A DNA stretch of 64,000 nt from Fimbriimonadaceae bacterium. Its GTDB lineage: Bacteria; Armatimonadota; Fimbriimonadia; Fimbriimonadales; Fimbriimonadaceae. The stretch covers positions 48,295 to 112,294 of the forward strand of contig JAHBTB010000003.1 in assembly GCA_019638795.1 (NCBI GenBank). The letters run 5' to 3'. Within the stretch, counting starts at the first letter, position 1; each line of letters starts with the position of its first letter. The notes below the pieces were generated by a model. That model made no database searches. It saw only the letters and a list, made by a program, of their open reading frames with translations, and was not told the origin of the DNA. This document shows positions 62,072 to 64,000 of the stretch, piece by piece. The position numbers and the translations under genes were made by a program.

Positions 62072-64000
62072 CTAAGCCAGCGCGTACTCCCGACGGTCGA
62101 AGACCAGGTCGGTGGCGATCTTCCAGACATCGCCACCGATCCGGCTGTCGGGAAGGATCTTGCTGAAGTGGACGATGGCCGAGGTCAGGCCCGCCTCCAA
62201 GGCGTAATGGAGAAACGCCGAGTTCAACACGACGCGGGCGGCCGGCTTCAGACCGAAAGAGATGTTTGAGACACCCAGCGTCGTGTTGACGCGGGGGAAG
62301 AGCCGCTTGACCTCGCGGATCGCCTCGATGGTCGCGACACCGGCCTCCCTGAACTCTTCGTCGCCGGAACCCAAAGTGAACGTCAGGCAGTCGACGAACA
62401 GGTCGTGGTCACAGAGGCCGGCGGCCCTCACGTGGTCGACGAGGCGCTTGGTGACCTCCACCTTGCGCTCGACCGTCTTGGCCATGCCGTCTTCGTCAAT
62501 CGTCAGGCCGACGACGGCGGCCCCGTACCGCCGGCACAGCCGAAGCACCGCCTCGGTCCGTCGCTCGCCGTCCTCAAAGTTGATCGAGTTGACGATCGGC
62601 TTACCTGCCACGCCCTGAAGCGCGACCTCGACGACGTCGACCTCGGTCGAGTCCACCATCAGGGGCACCTGGATGTGGCGGTTGTAGTGACTGAGGAGGG
62701 TCGCCATGTCGCGGCTCTCTTTGCGGCCGACATATGCGGTGCAGACGTCCAAGACATGGGAGCCCTCGGCCTCCAGGTCGCGGGCCAACTCGGTCAGGCC
62801 TTCCCAGTTCTCTGCCGCGAGCATCTCGCGGAAGGCTTTGCTCCCGTTGGCGTTCGTCTTCTCCCCGATGATCAGGAAACTGCTGTCCTGTTTGTACGGC
62901 TGGAACTGGTAAAGACTGCTGCACCCGACCAGCTTGAACGCCTCGGCCTGTTCCGGTCGGCGTACCTCGAAATCGAAGCCCGGGAAGACGTCCCGCACCG
63001 CCTGCCAGTGACCCTTTTCGGTGTGCCCCTTGCCCGAGAGGCGGCTTGAAACCGCCTCAATGTGCGCCGGCGTGGTGCCGCAGCAGCCCCCGACCATGGC
63101 GACACCCAACTCGTCGACGAACCGCTCGTGATGGTCGGCCAGTTCGTCCGGGGTCAGCTTGTAGACGGCATGCCCCTTCTCCATGACGGGCAGTCCCGCG
63201 TTGGGAAGGACACTGATCGGCCGGGTGGAGTTCTGGGACAGGAACCGCACGTGGGTCGCCATCTCGACCGGGCCGGTCGCACAGTTCAGCCCGACGCCGA
63301 CGACCTGGGGGAACGCCTCAAGCATGTTGAGGGCGGCACCCATCTCGCTGCCAAGGAGCATCGTGCCGGTCTGCTCCATCGTCACTTGGACAAGGAGGGG
63401 AAGCCGTTTGCCGGTCGCCTCCATGGCGTCGGTGGCCCCGACCAGCGCGGCCTTGACCACGAGCAGGTCCTGCATCGTCTCGATCAAGAGGAGGTCGCTG
63501 CCGCCGTCGATCAGGGCGCGGTAGGCGTCGAAGTAGCTTTGCCGGACCTCGTCGAACGTAGCCTGCCCCAAGCTGACCAGCCGGGTGCCCGGCCCGACCG
63601 CGCCACACACGAACCGGGGTCGCTCGGGCGTGCTGAACTCGTCCGCGACCTTCCGGGCGATTTGGGCCGCCGGAAGGGTGATTTCATAGACCAGTTCCGG
63701 CACCTCGTATTCGGCCAGGACGACCGCCGTCGAGCCAAACGTGTTCGTCTCGACGATGTCGGCCCCGGCCTCGAAGTAGGCCCGGTGTACGCCCGCGACC
63801 ACGTCCGGTCGGGTGAAGTTGAGCACTTCGTTGCACCCTTCCAGGGGCTTTCCTTCCAGACGGCGGGCGGCGGCCGCCACCTTGTCGTCATGCGACCCAG
63901 AGGGTAGGCAGAAATCGGTCGTTTCCAGGCCGGCCGCCTGGAGTTGCGTCCCCATCGCGCCGTCAAAGACAAGCACTTGCTTACCCAGTCTCTCCAGGAA
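62072..64000 (-). CDS. metH: Methionine synthase MetH N-terminal modules only (homocysteine-binding + pterin-binding), 5' end outside the window
   Basis: LVFDGAMGTQL ... zinc-site GGCCGTTP ... pterin-binding barrel (LIIGEKTNANGS ... VNSINFEDG ... GVSNISFG). The frame stays open to the window edge (FLERLGKQV...). The stop falls right after the pterin domain (DLVFDRREYALA), with no B12 or AdoMet domains. Confidence 0.85.
   Translation of the reverse strand, partial: FLERLGKQVLVFDGAMGTQLQAAGLETTDFCLPSGSHDDKVAAAARRLEGKPLEGCNEVLNFTRPDVVAGVHRAYFEAGADIVETNTFGSTAVVLAEYEVPELVYEITLPAAQIARKVADEFSTPERPRFVCGAVGPGTRLVSLGQATFDEVRQSYFDAYRALIDGGSDLLLIETMQDLLVVKAALVGATDAMEATGKRLPLLVQVTMEQTGTMLLGSEMGAALNMLEAFPQVVGVGLNCATGPVEMATHVRFLSQNSTRPISVLPNAGLPVMEKGHAVYKLTPDELADHHERFVDELGVAMVGGCCGTTPAHIEAVSSRLSGKGHTEKGHWQAVRDVFPGFDFEVRRPEQAEAFKLVGCSSLYQFQPYKQDSSFLIIGEKTNANGSKAFREMLAAENWEGLTELARDLEAEGSHVLDVCTAYVGRKESRDMATLLSHYNRHIQVPLMVDSTEVDVVEVALQGVAGKPIVNSINFEDGERRTEAVLRLCRRYGAAVVGLTIDEDGMAKTVERKVEVTKRLVDHVRAAGLCDHDLFVDCLTFTLGSGDEEFREAGVATIEAIREVKRLFPRVNTTLGVSNISFGLKPAARVVLNSAFLHYALEAGLTSAIVHFSKILPDSRIGGDVWKIATDLVFDRREYALA

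Noticed and set aside
1-64000. Search for tRNA, rRNA, transposase/integrase, prophage, toxin-antitoxin, CRISPR-Cas or known anti-phage defence genes.
   Set aside because: No T-loop or cloverleaf-like sequences were noticed in the spacers. No translated ORF resembled recombinases, Cas proteins or defence-system hallmarks. Absence by eye is not proof; tRNAscan-SE, Infernal and DefenseFinder would settle it.

Overview
A 64-kb, gene-dense, high-G+C chromosomal segment (G+C judged by eye, not computed). It probably comes from a diderm bacterium: kdsB, a TolC-like CzcC, a PEP-CTERM protein, a DUF1800/DUF1501 pair and a futalosine-pathway radical SAM gene are all present. I cannot assign a phylum from sequence alone. 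I support about 58 protein-coding genes. I recognised no rRNA, tRNA, CRISPR array, transposase or integrase.

Most of the content is housekeeping: sucD, LigD + Ku (NHEJ), xth, rel-dtd, kdsB, greA, nadK, purL, phoU, mqnC-like, aroA, cmk, dapA, a partial metH, and an aspA / enoyl-CoA hydratase / biotin carboxylase group. Accessory pockets are a czcCBA-type heavy-metal RND efflux operon, a GH25 muramidase, a GH27 alpha-galactosidase, a Wzm/Wzt exporter with a GT2, and several secreted or membrane proteins of unknown function.

Genes are packed very tightly. Many same-strand neighbours share 1-8 nt start/stop overlaps, several convergent pairs overlap at their 3' ends, and two divergent pairs have almost no spacer. 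The ORF track always takes the longest ORF including GTG/TTG starts, so many listed ORFs carry spurious N-terminal extensions, and there are long antisense ORFs typical of high-GC DNA. I trimmed or rejected these.

I found no recognisable defence, mobile or biosynthetic system. The best candidates for something undescribed are:
1. Two inverted paralogous DUF4139 genes bracketing a 5.7-kb housekeeping block.
2. An unannotated Cys/His-rich small membrane protein in front of czcCBA.
3. A translationally coupled trio of membrane protein, DUF1800 and DUF1501.
4. A densely structured 255-nt spacer at 41.4 kb, a candidate ncRNA or leader.
5. A 5 x 11-bp tandem array between ligD and ku.
6. An orphan MerT-like transporter trio.

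All family assignments come from motif and sequence recognition by eye. No database search was run.
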